32,554 nucleotides of DNA, taken from a virus (taxonomy: Duplodnaviria; Caudoviricetes). The notes under the pieces were generated by a model. The model made no database searches. It had not been told where the DNA came from and worked only from the letters and a program-made list of their open reading frames with translations. Numbering within the stretch: the stretch's first letter is position 1; each line of letters opens with the position of its first letter. The stretch is taken from IMG/VR virus record IMGVR_UViG_3300002091_000071, positions 1 through 32,554 of that record; one strand, given 5' to 3'. The position numbers and the translations under genes are program-made. This document shows positions 8,751 to 18,001 of this stretch, in pieces.

Positions 8751-9608
8751 ATGAGACTAGAATTTAGGTTTGAAAATCCACACACTGATTGGGCAGTATT
8801 ACACGTATTTAAAAAATATTATGAATATTTTATAAAAGAAAATCCACATATTGAATGTTCTTATGTTAATTCAAGTAAATTTTATAACGGTAATCCTTCC
8901 GGAATATATTCTGCCCAAATAATGACTATTACTAATTTAGACACTAAAAAATACTTAATTGTGTCTTATTGGGATAAACCTATTGAAATGACGTGGGACG
9001 GAAATGGTTGGGAGACTAATTATCGTGTGGAACTTATATCATCGTCAGGAGCAAAACCGGAAATGAATTTTACCCCTTATAGTTATTTACCATATTCAGT
9101 AGTATTTGATGATTTATCAAAAAATTCTAAAAAAATTGATGAAAAAGAAAAAAATGAATTGGAATTTAGGGGGTTTTTATATAATGAAAGATTATCATTA
9201 TCTAAAATTGGTGATATTAAAATTATTAATGAAAAAATATTTCCCGTTGAAAGATATTTTGAAGAATTAACTAACAATAAAATTTGTTTATCCTTAAATG
9301 GTGCTGGTGAAATTTGTAATAGAGATATTGAAGTATTATCTGCTAGGTCGGCTTTACTAAGACCAACATTAAACTTACAATTTCATAATAAATTAATTCC
9401 AAATTACCATTATATTTCGTTTGAAATGGATAATGACCCGACAATTTTAAATAAAAATATTTTAGATAGATATGACGAGGTTAAGGATGATGATGAGTTT
9501 TTAAAATTTATCTCAGAAAATGGTTATCAGTGGTATCTTGAAAATGGTACTGTTGATTCAAATTTTAGAATATTAAAAGAAATTATAGACATAAATAAAT
9601 TACGATAA
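8751..9608 (+). CDS. Putative glycosyltransferase (GT-B; GT90/YkvP-like C-terminus)
   Basis: FRG...R, KICLSLNGAGEICNRDIEVL, LIPNYHYI and ISENGYQWY; lies in the GT cluster. Confidence 0.65.
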   Translation: MRLEFRFENPHTDWAVLHVFKKYYEYFIKENPHIECSYVNSSKFYNGNPSGIYSAQIMTITNLDTKKYLIVSYWDKPIEMTWDGNGWETNYRVELISSSGAKPEMNFTPYSYLPYSVVFDDLSKNSKKIDEKEKNELEFRGFLYNERLSLSKIGDIKIINEKIFPVERYFEELTNNKICLSLNGAGEICNRDIEVLSARSALLRPTLNLQFHNKLIPNYHYISFEMDNDPTILNKNILDRYDEVKDDDEFLKFISENGYQWYLENGTVDSNFRILKEIIDINKLR

Positions 9609-9612
9609 AATA

Positions 9613-10371
9613 ATGGAAAAAATAATTATTAGTTTAACAACTATACCTTCAAGACTTAATTATCACGACCCAAATGGGGGGTTACGACCGGTTCTAAATA
9701 GATTACTGACACTGTCATATTCTGATTATGAAATTCATCTTAACATACCTTATATTGTTAAAAAAACAAATGAAGAATACTCATTACCTTCTTGGTTAAC
9801 AGAAATAACGGATTCAAAATTAAAAATTTTTAGAACGGATGATTATGGTTCTATGACTAAAATTTTACCAACAATATTACGTACAGAAGAAAGTGATGAT
9901 GTTATTATTATTACGGTAGATGACGATTTGTCTTATGAAGATGGATTTATTGAGTATCATTTGGAAAAGAGAAAACAATATCCAAACGCAGCGATTGGGT
10001 TTGCGGGGATTTCAGCAATAAACGGAACTTGTCATTTTTGTACAACCGTTAAGGAAGATGTTAGGGTTAAAATAATTGAAGGTTATAAAACGGTCTCTTA
10101 TCGACGAAGTTTTTTTAAACCGGATTTCTTTAGTGAATTTGTTGGAGAATCTTGGAGTGACGATATTATTTTATCAGCATATATGGGAAAACATAACATT
10201 GAAAAATGGGTGGTTAGTTATGATAACGATACTGATTTCTCCGCAAGAGTAGAGTCATTTCCAGTTATCGGACATTTACCAAATGAAAGAGGTGGTTGTT
10301 GGTGGTACCGTTCAGAAAGCGCATCAGACAACGCAGATAAATTTTATAAATTACAATACTTAGAAAGATAA
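9613..10371 (+). CDS. Putative GT-A fold glycosyltransferase
   Basis: IIISLTTIPSRL, DYGSMTKILP, IITVDDD (DxD) and SDDIILS. Confidence 0.75.
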   Translation: MEKIIISLTTIPSRLNYHDPNGGLRPVLNRLLTLSYSDYEIHLNIPYIVKKTNEEYSLPSWLTEITDSKLKIFRTDDYGSMTKILPTILRTEESDDVIIITVDDDLSYEDGFIEYHLEKRKQYPNAAIGFAGISAINGTCHFCTTVKEDVRVKIIEGYKTVSYRRSFFKPDFFSEFVGESWSDDIILSAYMGKHNIEKWVVSYDNDTDFSARVESFPVIGHLPNERGGCWWYRSESASDNADKFYKLQYLER

Positions 10372-10372
10372 T

Positions 10373-12049
10373 ATGAGTAAATTAACATTAGTAACAGGAT
10401 TATGGGATATAGGAAGAGGTGACCTTCAAGAGGGGTGGTCTCGTTCTTTTCAACATTATTTAGATAAATTCTTAGAACTATTACAAGTTGATACAAATAT
10501 GATAATCTTTGGTGATGAAGAATTAGAAAAATTTGTTTTAAAAAATAGAAATAGTGAAAATACACAATTCGTCCGTAGAGATTTAACTTGGTTTAAAACA
10601 AATGAGTTCTACGATAAAATACAAAAAATTAGAACCAATCCGGATTGGTATAATCAAGTTGGTTGGTTAACAGACTCTACCCAAGCAAAATTAGAAATGT
10701 ATAACCCTTTGGTTATGTCTAAAGTATATCTTTTACACGACGCTAAAATTTTAGATAAATTTGATTCTGAATATATGTTTTGGATTGACGCTGGTTTAAC
10801 AAATACTATTCACCCGGGGTATTTCACTCACGACAAAGTTTTAGATAAATTACCACAATTGGTTAAAAACTTTCACTTTGTTTGTTTTCCATATGAAACC
10901 AATAGTGAAATCCACGGGTTCAAATATCAAGAGTTATGTGAATTAGCCGGAAAACCGGTTAATATGGTTGCTAGAGGCGGTTTTTTTGGTGGTAGGAAAG
11001 AATCTATATCGGAAATCAACACAATTTATTATGGGTTAATGAAAGATACCTTATCCCAAGGATTAATGGGTACTGAGGAATCTTTATTTACTATTATGAC
11101 TTACAAATATCCTAATTTAATTACTTATTCAGAAATAGAAGGAAATGGATTGATGGGTAAGTTTTTTGAGGATTTAAAAAATATGACGGTGGAAGTAAAA
11201 TCTGAAGTGTCAAAAGAAGTTGATATAAATAATTTGGATACATCTAAGGTTGGTCTTTATGTCCTTACATTTAATTCACCAAATCAATTTGAAACTTTGG
11301 TTAAATCGATGTTGGAATATGATTCCGATTTTATTACTAAAACAAAAAAATTCTTATTAGATAACTCAACTGATTTATCAACAACACCAAGATATATTGA
11401 ATTATGTGAGGAATATAACTTCGAACACATTAAGCGAGATAATTTAGGTATTTGTGGTGGAAGACAATTTGTTTCAGACCATTTTAATGATTCTGATTTA
11501 GAAGTTGGAATTTGGTCGGAAGACGATATGTTTTTTCAAAATAATCCAAATGAAACTTGTAGGAATGGTTTCAATCGTTATACGCCTAACTTATATCAAA
11601 AATGTTTAGAAATATTACAAAAAGAAAACTTTGATATGTTAAAGTTGAATTTTAGTGAATTTTTTGGTGATAATAGTGTGCAATGGAGCTGGTATAACAC
11701 ACCACAAGATTTTAGACAAAAAAATTGGCCAAATAAACCGAAACTACCGGTTCAAGGTTTAGACCCTAACGCACCTTTAACGGAATTTAAAAATATAAAA
11801 TCACATAAAGGATTACCTTATGTGACCGGAGAAATTTATTACTGTAATTGGACTCATTTTTTTACAAAAGAGGGTAATCGTAAAATGTTTCAAGAAACAA
11901 AATGGGATAGACCTTTTGAGAACACGTGGATGTCACATATTTATCAAGAAACAATAAAAGGTAAAATTAACTCGGGATTATTGTTATTAACACCAATTGA
12001 ACATAATCGTTTCCATCATTACGCAGCGGAATTAAGAAAAGAAAGTTAG
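10373..12049 (+). CDS. Two-domain glycosyltransferase: HtrL/YibB-like N-terminus plus GT2-like C-terminus
   Basis: TLVTGLWDIGR, FWIDAG, GGFFGG and MGTEES in the N-terminal half; LYVLTFN, LLDNS, NLGICGG and SEDD in the C-terminal half. Confidence 0.7.
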   Translation: MSKLTLVTGLWDIGRGDLQEGWSRSFQHYLDKFLELLQVDTNMIIFGDEELEKFVLKNRNSENTQFVRRDLTWFKTNEFYDKIQKIRTNPDWYNQVGWLTDSTQAKLEMYNPLVMSKVYLLHDAKILDKFDSEYMFWIDAGLTNTIHPGYFTHDKVLDKLPQLVKNFHFVCFPYETNSEIHGFKYQELCELAGKPVNMVARGGFFGGRKESISEINTIYYGLMKDTLSQGLMGTEESLFTIMTYKYPNLITYSEIEGNGLMGKFFEDLKNMTVEVKSEVSKEVDINNLDTSKVGLYVLTFNSPNQFETLVKSMLEYDSDFITKTKKFLLDNSTDLSTTPRYIELCEEYNFEHIKRDNLGICGGRQFVSDHFNDSDLEVGIWSEDDMFFQNNPNETCRNGFNRYTPNLYQKCLEILQKENFDMLKLNFSEFFGDNSVQWSWYNTPQDFRQKNWPNKPKLPVQGLDPNAPLTEFKNIKSHKGLPYVTGEIYYCNWTHFFTKEGNRKMFQETKWDRPFENTWMSHIYQETIKGKINSGLLLLTPIEHNRFHHYAAELRKES

Positions 12050-12666
12050 AGTAATATTTTATCACTTTTTCTCAAATTGTCTTCTGCCCATAAAGGTTGA
12101 AGGTTTGTGTAATGACAAAGTTCGTACATTTCTTCTTCGGTTTTTGCGGAAGATAACGGAATAATATGGTCAATATGCCAACCATATTGACCGTGATTAT
12201 CCCAAGACATCCCTTCATAAAATTTTTGTTCTAAATACTCTTTAAGAAAATCAGGAGAACATCCAATAACATCAATATAACTTTTATTTTTTTCTATGGA
12301 TTTTATTTTTAAAACTTCTCTAAGACGACATCTTAATCTATGTCGTAATTTGATAATTGGGTCATTATGATATTGTATCATAAAATTTAAACTTCTATTT
12401 TTATCGTAAATTTTATTTCTTCCTCTAATTTTTTCTTTATTTTTTTGATAATACTCGGCCCTCCATTTGTTTCTTTCTTCACGATTTTTGTCATACCATA
12501 TTTTATATTTCTCAGGATTTTTATCTCGTTTGATTTTTTCGTCCTCACTTTGACATTTTTTACATCTACTTTTATAATATTGTACCCCCTTTTTATTAAC
12601 GGATTTTTTATTAAACTCACAAACCTCTTTCACTTCTTTACACTTACTACATATCTTTTTTTCCAT
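12046..12666 (-). CDS. Zn-finger + HNH endonuclease, cassette 2
   Basis: CSKC...CKKC and WHIDHIIPLSSA...LCHYTNLQPLWAEDNLRK. Overlaps the convergent GT gene by 4 nt. Confidence 0.85.
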   Translation of the reverse strand: MEKKICSKCKEVKEVCEFNKKSVNKKGVQYYKSRCKKCQSEDEKIKRDKNPEKYKIWYDKNREERNKWRAEYYQKNKEKIRGRNKIYDKNRSLNFMIQYHNDPIIKLRHRLRCRLREVLKIKSIEKNKSYIDVIGCSPDFLKEYLEQKFYEGMSWDNHGQYGWHIDHIIPLSSAKTEEEMYELCHYTNLQPLWAEDNLRKSDKILL

Positions 12667-12802
12667 AATACTCTTTTAATAATTTATTAAGTAATGTTGA
12701 TTTTTTAACTTTTTCTTTAACCATTCGGTCAAATAAATCACGGTCTAAACTTATTCCAAATTTAACCTTTCTGTCTTCTTCTAATTTTGTTGGTCTTGCC
12801 AT
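12647..12802 (-). CDS. Ribbon-helix-helix small DNA-binding protein, cassette 2 (not in ORF track)
   Basis: Manual translation MARPTKLEEDRKVKFGISLDRDLFDRMVKEKVKKSTLLNKLLKEYYGKKDM* (51 aa); 20-nt overlap with the HNH start. Confidence 0.8.
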   Translation of the reverse strand: MARPTKLEEDRKVKFGISLDRDLFDRMVKEKVKKSTLLNKLLKEYYGKKDM

Positions 12803-12807
12803 ATTAT

Positions 12808-12814
12808 ATAAATA
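12808..12814 (-). promoter_or_regulatory. TATTTAT putative promoter element of cassette 2
   Basis: The minus strand reads AGATATTTATATAATATG, identical to cassette 1. Confidence 0.6.
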
Positions 12815-12901
12815 TCTGGTTTATTGTTAAAGTTTCACTATAACTAATAATAAATAAAAATTATTTTCCTTTTATCAAGTATTTATAAATAAAAAGTTTA
12901 A

Positions 12902-13753
12902 ATGGATTTTTATATTAAAAAATTTTCTACGTTACCAGTATTAAAACTTGAGGTTATTAAAGATGGTCGTAGTACTTATAATCAATTGATGAATACAATA
13001 GAAACTTCTAGTATATTCTTCTCTATGGTTAATGATGATACGGGTATCCCAAAAATAATGTCTAAACCGGCAGGGTTTGTTCAAAAAATAAATGATGACC
13101 CAAATGCCGAACCTGAATACTATATTTATTATAAATTTACAAATACTGATACCAACACTGTTGGTAAATTTGAAGGACAATTTTTAATTAAGAATGATGA
13201 TGGGAATTTAATTCTACCAATTCAAGAGAAATTAATTATCTATGTTCAGGAATCATTTATTGCTGATGATTTAGTGTATGATAATTGTTATACATCTGTT
13301 TACCCTTGTTGTGTGGTTCCCCAAACACCAATATTTCCAAGTGTAACACCTACAATGACACCTACAATGACACCTACAATGACAGTTACAATGACAGTTA
13401 CGATGACACCAACACCAACCCCAACAAATACACCGTTACCAATTAATGTAACATTAATTAATAATTCAACAATTATTTCTATAGATGGGTTATCTGATTC
13501 ATCAGGTTTAATAACATTAACAAATGTATCCGGTTCATTCCCGGTAACATTTGGTCAAACATTGTTTGGATATCATTCTACAACAACCGACACTTCACCT
13601 ATAGTATTATTAACCGGTATAGGGTCATCCCCATATACTGTTGAAATAAATAATATTATAACAGTATATGGGGATAGTGATAATAGTAATGTGTCACTTA
13701 CTGACGGTACACCTCTATTAAGTACCGATATTTTAATATTTACACTTGGATAA
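12902..13753 (+). CDS. Probable virion protein with BppU-like N-terminal domain and Pro-Thr linker
   Basis: FYIKK..TLPVL..E at the N-terminus, YKF...DT...G.FEGQF...G.LILP, then a TPTM/TPTP linker and a C-terminal beta domain. Confidence 0.55.
   Translation: MDFYIKKFSTLPVLKLEVIKDGRSTYNQLMNTIETSSIFFSMVNDDTGIPKIMSKPAGFVQKINDDPNAEPEYYIYYKFTNTDTNTVGKFEGQFLIKNDDGNLILPIQEKLIIYVQESFIADDLVYDNCYTSVYPCCVVPQTPIFPSVTPTMTPTMTPTMTVTMTVTMTPTPTPTNTPLPINVTLINNSTIISIDGLSDSSGLITLTNVSGSFPVTFGQTLFGYHSTTTDTSPIVLLTGIGSSPYTVEINNIITVYGDSDNSNVSLTDGTPLLSTDILIFTLG
13346..13405 (+). repeat. 12-bp coding tandem repeat, 5 units (TPTM x3, TVTM x2)
   Basis: ACACCTACAATG x3, then ACAGTTACAATG and ACAGTTACGATG. Confidence 0.9.
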
Positions 13754-13765
13754 TTAATAATATAC

Positions 13766-13793
13766 CCCCTTCCCAAAAAGAAGGGGTTTTTTT
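13766..13793 (+). terminator. Intrinsic terminator
   Basis: CCCCTTC-ccaaaaa-GAAGGGG followed by a T tract, just after the stop at 13753. Confidence 0.85.
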
Positions 13794-13894
13794 ATTAACC
13801 ATTTGACTAAATCAGAATATTATAATATATTTATTTAGAACAAGGTAAATCTCGTCAATGATGAGAGCAAATATACCATTTAAAAAAATATTTT

Positions 13895-16840
13895 ATGATA
13901 TCACAAGAAGAGATTAAATCATTCCTTGAGGGGAATGATGACGAAAAGTATATCGTCGCTGTTGAATTTGACTACGTCACCGACGCTATATACAAAATTA
14001 TCGAAGACCCGGGTCAGGGAAAAATAATCAAAAAAGATACATTTACGGCATTTGCTTGGGTTGGAGACTTGAGAGATTTGAATTTTTATTCAAAATCTAA
14101 AGACTTACAAAAAGAGGCGATGAAAAAACACGGAATCATCATTGATAAGTTAGAAACCAAAGGTAATGAAAGATTAGAGAAAGGTCTTAAGTTTATGGTT
14201 AAATCAATGAAGGGTTATCGTTCACTTATCCAATTCTTTAAAGAGGGTGGTGTTGACCCGTGGGGTGAAAAAACAAAAGGAAAACTAACGGTACTTCCCC
14301 CTGTTGAGCAGTTCCTTATCTCAAGAGAAAAAAGATTGTTCAAAGGGTATGAAGAATACAACGACATCACAAGACTCGGATTTGACTTGGAGACGACCGC
14401 TTTGGAACCAAAGGATGGTCGTATATTTATGATTGGAATTAAAACCAATAAAGGATACCAAAAGGTTATTGAGTGTGCAGATGAAGACCAAGAACGAAGA
14501 GGATTAGTTGAGTTCTTCAATATTATCGACGAACTTAAACCATCAATTATTGGTGGATACAATTCTGCAAACTTTGACTGGTTTTGGATATTTGAAAGAT
14601 GTAAAGCACTTAACTTAGACATTAAAAAGATTGCAAAATCTTTAAATCCGGCAAGACCTATCTCTCAAAAGGATGGTATGTTAAAACTTGCAAATGAAGT
14701 TGAGAGATATTCTCAAACTCAGTTATGGGGGTATAACATTATTGATATTATTCACTCTGTTCGTAGAGCTCAAGCAATTAACTCAAGTATTAAATCCGCC
14801 GGTCTTAAGTATATTACCCAATACATTAAAGCGGAATCCCCTGACCGTGTTTATATTGACCACTTAGACATTGGTCCAATGTATGCTAAAAAAGAAGAAT
14901 ATTGGTTAAATGTTGAGAATGGGAAATACAAAAAGGCTGATAACCCTGCGTTTGATAATTTAGATACAAGATTCCCCGGTAAATACCTAAAGGTTACAGG
15001 TGATAACATTGTGGAGAGATATCTTGACGATGACTTGGAAGAAACGTTAACGGTCGATGATGAATTTAATCAAGGAACGTTTCTACTTGCGTCAATGGTA
15101 CCAACAACATATGAAAGAGTTTCTACTATGGGAACCGCTACTCTATGGAGAATGATTATGTTGGCTTGGTCATATAAAAACAATTTGGCTATTCCTCAAA
15201 AAGAAGAGAAGACAGACTTCGTAGGAGGACTTTCAAGACTACTTAAAGTTGGTTACTCTACCAACGTACTTAAACTTGACTACTCGTCTCTATACCCCTC
15301 CATTCAGCTCGTACACGATGTGTTCCCTGAGTGTGATGTAATGGGGGGAATGAAAGGGATGTTAACTTACTTCCGTAATGCTCGTATTATGTATAAAAAC
15401 TTGGCATCTGAGTATAAATCAATCGATTCTAAAAAATCACTTTCATACGATAGAAAACAATTACCATTAAAAATCTTTATCAACTCGATGTTTGGTGGGT
15501 TATCCGCACCACACGTTTATGAATGGGGTGAAATGAATAGTGGGGAAAAAATTACTTGTACAGGAAGACAATATCTTCGTCAGATGCTTCATTTTTTTAT
15601 AAAAAGAGGTTATTCACCTTTAGTGTGTGACACTGACGGAATGAACTTTTCATTACCTGAAAATGGGGTTGACCATAAAGTATATATTGGTAAAGGACTG
15701 AATTGGTTAGTTAAAGAGGGTAAGGAATATAAAGGTTATGATGCTGATGTTGCCGAATTTAACGATTTATTTATGAAAGGTGAGATGGGATTAGATTGTG
15801 ATGGAACTTGGGATTCTTGTATTAACTTGAGCAGAAAGAATTATGCTACGATGGAATCCAACGGTAAGATTAAATTAACCGGAAACTCAATTAAATCTAA
15901 AAAATTACCACTATATATTGAGGTTTTTTTAGATAAAGGAGTTAAATTATTATTGGAAGGAAAAGGTCAAGAATTTATTGAGTGGTATTTTGAATATCAC
16001 CAAAGGATATACGACCAACAAATACCATTAAAACAAATAGCTCAAAGAGCGAGAGTTAAATTATCGGTTGAGGATTATAAAAAACGATGTAATACTAAAA
16101 CAAAGGCGGGTTCGTTAATGTCGAGGATGGCACACCTTGAACTGGCAATTAAACACGATTTAAAGGTATCGTTAGGTGATGTGATTAGTTATGTTAATAA
16201 TGGTGAAAGAGCGTCTCACGGGGATGTTCAAAAAGTAAATAAACCTAAAAAGGGTTGGTCCGAAAAACAAATAGAATTATATTTTTCATCATATGATTCC
16301 GCTCACTATAAAGAAAAAGAAAAGTTTTTATTAAAAAATGGGTGGGAAAAATCTTGGTCTGACGATAATTGGGTTCGTTCTGATGCGGATAATAAAGAAG
16401 CGAACGTAGGTATCCCAACGGATGTTGCGTATAGACTTGCAAATGCTGACAATACTGATTCTACAATACAACTTAATTGTTATCTGTTAGACCAAACTGA
16501 AATTGAAAATAATCCCGACTTAATAGGTGAGTATAATGTTGCAAGAGCAATCGCAACATTTAATAAAAAAGTTGAACCATTATTGATTGTTTTTAACAAG
16601 GAGTTACGAGAAAGTTTGTTAATCGCTAATCCGGAAGAAAGAGGATTTTTTACTAAAACTCAGTGTGAATTAGTTAGTGGGATACCAAATAATGATGCTG
16701 ACCAAGATACTATTGAGGATTTATTAACCATAACTGATTTGGAGTTAAAATTTTGGAATAGAGTTGGTATTAGTCCAAATTATATTTATGACTTAGCAGA
16801 AGAAGGTTGGGAAGAACATATTGATTTAGTTAAAAAATAG
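13895..16840 (+). CDS. polB: Family B DNA polymerase with 3'-5' exonuclease
   Basis: ExoI FDLET, ExoII GYNSANFD, motif A LDYSSLYPS, motif B KIFINSMFG, motif C CDTDG. Confidence 0.95.
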   Translation: MISQEEIKSFLEGNDDEKYIVAVEFDYVTDAIYKIIEDPGQGKIIKKDTFTAFAWVGDLRDLNFYSKSKDLQKEAMKKHGIIIDKLETKGNERLEKGLKFMVKSMKGYRSLIQFFKEGGVDPWGEKTKGKLTVLPPVEQFLISREKRLFKGYEEYNDITRLGFDLETTALEPKDGRIFMIGIKTNKGYQKVIECADEDQERRGLVEFFNIIDELKPSIIGGYNSANFDWFWIFERCKALNLDIKKIAKSLNPARPISQKDGMLKLANEVERYSQTQLWGYNIIDIIHSVRRAQAINSSIKSAGLKYITQYIKAESPDRVYIDHLDIGPMYAKKEEYWLNVENGKYKKADNPAFDNLDTRFPGKYLKVTGDNIVERYLDDDLEETLTVDDEFNQGTFLLASMVPTTYERVSTMGTATLWRMIMLAWSYKNNLAIPQKEEKTDFVGGLSRLLKVGYSTNVLKLDYSSLYPSIQLVHDVFPECDVMGGMKGMLTYFRNARIMYKNLASEYKSIDSKKSLSYDRKQLPLKIFINSMFGGLSAPHVYEWGEMNSGEKITCTGRQYLRQMLHFFIKRGYSPLVCDTDGMNFSLPENGVDHKVYIGKGLNWLVKEGKEYKGYDADVAEFNDLFMKGEMGLDCDGTWDSCINLSRKNYATMESNGKIKLTGNSIKSKKLPLYIEVFLDKGVKLLLEGKGQEFIEWYFEYHQRIYDQQIPLKQIAQRARVKLSVEDYKKRCNTKTKAGSLMSRMAHLELAIKHDLKVSLGDVISYVNNGERASHGDVQKVNKPKKGWSEKQIELYFSSYDSAHYKEKEKFLLKNGWEKSWSDDNWVRSDADNKEANVGIPTDVAYRLANADNTDSTIQLNCYLLDQTEIENNPDLIGEYNVARAIATFNKKVEPLLIVFNKELRESLLIANPEERGFFTKTQCELVSGIPNNDADQDTIEDLLTITDLELKFWNRVGISPNYIYDLAEEGWEEHIDLVKK

Positions 16841-16870
16841 TTAAAATAATATTTTTACATAAAAAACAGA

Positions 16871-16877
16871 TATTTAT
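16871..16877 (+). promoter_or_regulatory. TATTTAT putative promoter element of cassette 3
   Basis: AGATATTTATAGATATG, with the ATG at 16882. Confidence 0.6.
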
Positions 16878-16881
16878 AGAT

Positions 16882-17037
16882 ATGGGAAGACCAACTAAAG
16901 ATTATAACGATAAAAAAATAAACATTAGCGTTAGTTTAGAAAAAGAAATATATTATCGGATGAAAAATGATGGTGAAAAACCTTCCCGTATTATTGAAAA
17001 ATTGTTAAAAGAATATTATGGAAATAAAAATTTGTAA
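16882..17037 (+). CDS. Ribbon-helix-helix small DNA-binding protein, cassette 3 (not in ORF track)
   Basis: Manual translation MGRPTKDYNDKKINISVSLEKEIYYRMKNDGEKPSRIIEKLLKEYYGNKNL* (51 aa); 20-nt overlap with the HNH start. Confidence 0.8.
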   Translation: MGRPTKDYNDKKINISVSLEKEIYYRMKNDGEKPSRIIEKLLKEYYGNKNL

Positions 17038-17620
17038 TAAATGTGGTGAAGAAAAACTCCTTTGTGAGTTTAATGTCTATAATAAACTTAAAGGTTATCG
17101 TATTAACACTTGTAGATTATGTAAAAGTGAATATCTTAAAGAGTATAATAGAAGCACATCAGAAATTAGATGTAAAGTTAAAAAAGAATATCGTATTAAA
17201 AATTCAAAATTAGTTAAAGAACAAAAGAAAAACTATTACGAGAACAATAAAGAAAAAATAAGGGAATATAAACGTAAATGGGAAACAGATAAACGTAAAA
17301 ACAATTTATTATTTAAAATTAAACAATTGGTTAGAAGTAGAATTTATAAATTTATAATATCAACCAATGGTAAAATATCAAAAAATAATAAAACATTTGA
17401 TATGATTGGTTGTACACCTGAATTCCTTAAAGAGTATTTAGAACAAAAATTTACAGAGGGAATGTGTTGGAACTTGATGGGTGAACATATCCATATAGAC
17501 CACATAACACCTTTGTCATCTGCTAACACTGAGGAAGACCTATATAAACTTTGTCACTATACAAATCTTCAACCATTATGGGCTGAGGATAACTTAAAAA
17601 AAGGAAGTAAAATACTATAA
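17018..17620 (+). CDS. Zn-finger + HNH endonuclease, cassette 3
   Basis: CNKC...CRLC and IHIDHITPLSSA...LCHYTNLQPLWAEDNLKK. Confidence 0.85.
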   Translation: MEIKICNKCGEEKLLCEFNVYNKLKGYRINTCRLCKSEYLKEYNRSTSEIRCKVKKEYRIKNSKLVKEQKKNYYENNKEKIREYKRKWETDKRKNNLLFKIKQLVRSRIYKFIISTNGKISKNNKTFDMIGCTPEFLKEYLEQKFTEGMCWNLMGEHIHIDHITPLSSANTEEDLYKLCHYTNLQPLWAEDNLKKGSKIL

Positions 17621-17624
17621 ACAG

Positions 17625-17650
17625 AAAAGGTGTCGTATTTGACACCTTTT
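17625..17650. terminator. Bidirectional intrinsic terminator
   Basis: AAAAGGTGTC-gtattt-GACACCTTTT between convergent genes. Confidence 0.85.
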
Positions 17651-17651
17651 T

Positions 17652-17996
17652 TTATTCTAATTTTAACCCATCACTAGAAATAATTAACCAGTTACCCTCA
17701 ACTCTAAAAAATTCAACCGCGGCACCTCGGTCAATTAATATCTCGTCATATTGTTCATCAATGAGACCCATAAACGGTACAATTAAAACTTTTGTTAAAG
17801 CTTTAATCACAATGTGTTCCGTACTACTTTGGTCTAAAATAATTTTACAATTTGGAACATCTTTTACTAATATAAATTCTTCACCATTTGTTCTATGTTC
17901 CGGTGTTGTAACTGTTTGAATTGGGTCTGATGTGTTTAAGTTGGACATTGACCCAAATAATTTGTTTCCGATTTTTTTTCTTGTTATAAATGTCAT
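17652..17996 (-). CDS. Hypothetical protein
   Basis: 114-aa ORF directly downstream of the neck gene, ending at the terminator. Confidence 0.65.
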   Translation of the reverse strand: MTFITRKKIGNKLFGSMSNLNTSDPIQTVTTPEHRTNGEEFILVKDVPNCKIILDQSSTEHIVIKALTKVLIVPFMGLIDEQYDEILIDRGAAVEFFRVEGNWLIISSDGLKLE

Positions 17997-18001
17997 ATAA
18001 A

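Noticed and set aside
13346-13430. Short tandem repeats as a possible CRISPR array
   Set aside because: They are in-frame 12-bp coding repeats without spacers. No repeat-spacer array or cas gene was seen in the window.
13803-13826. Canonical sigma70 promoter TTGACT...TATAAT upstream of polB
   Set aside because: The spacing is only 12 nt; the adjacent TATTTAT motif is the better candidate.
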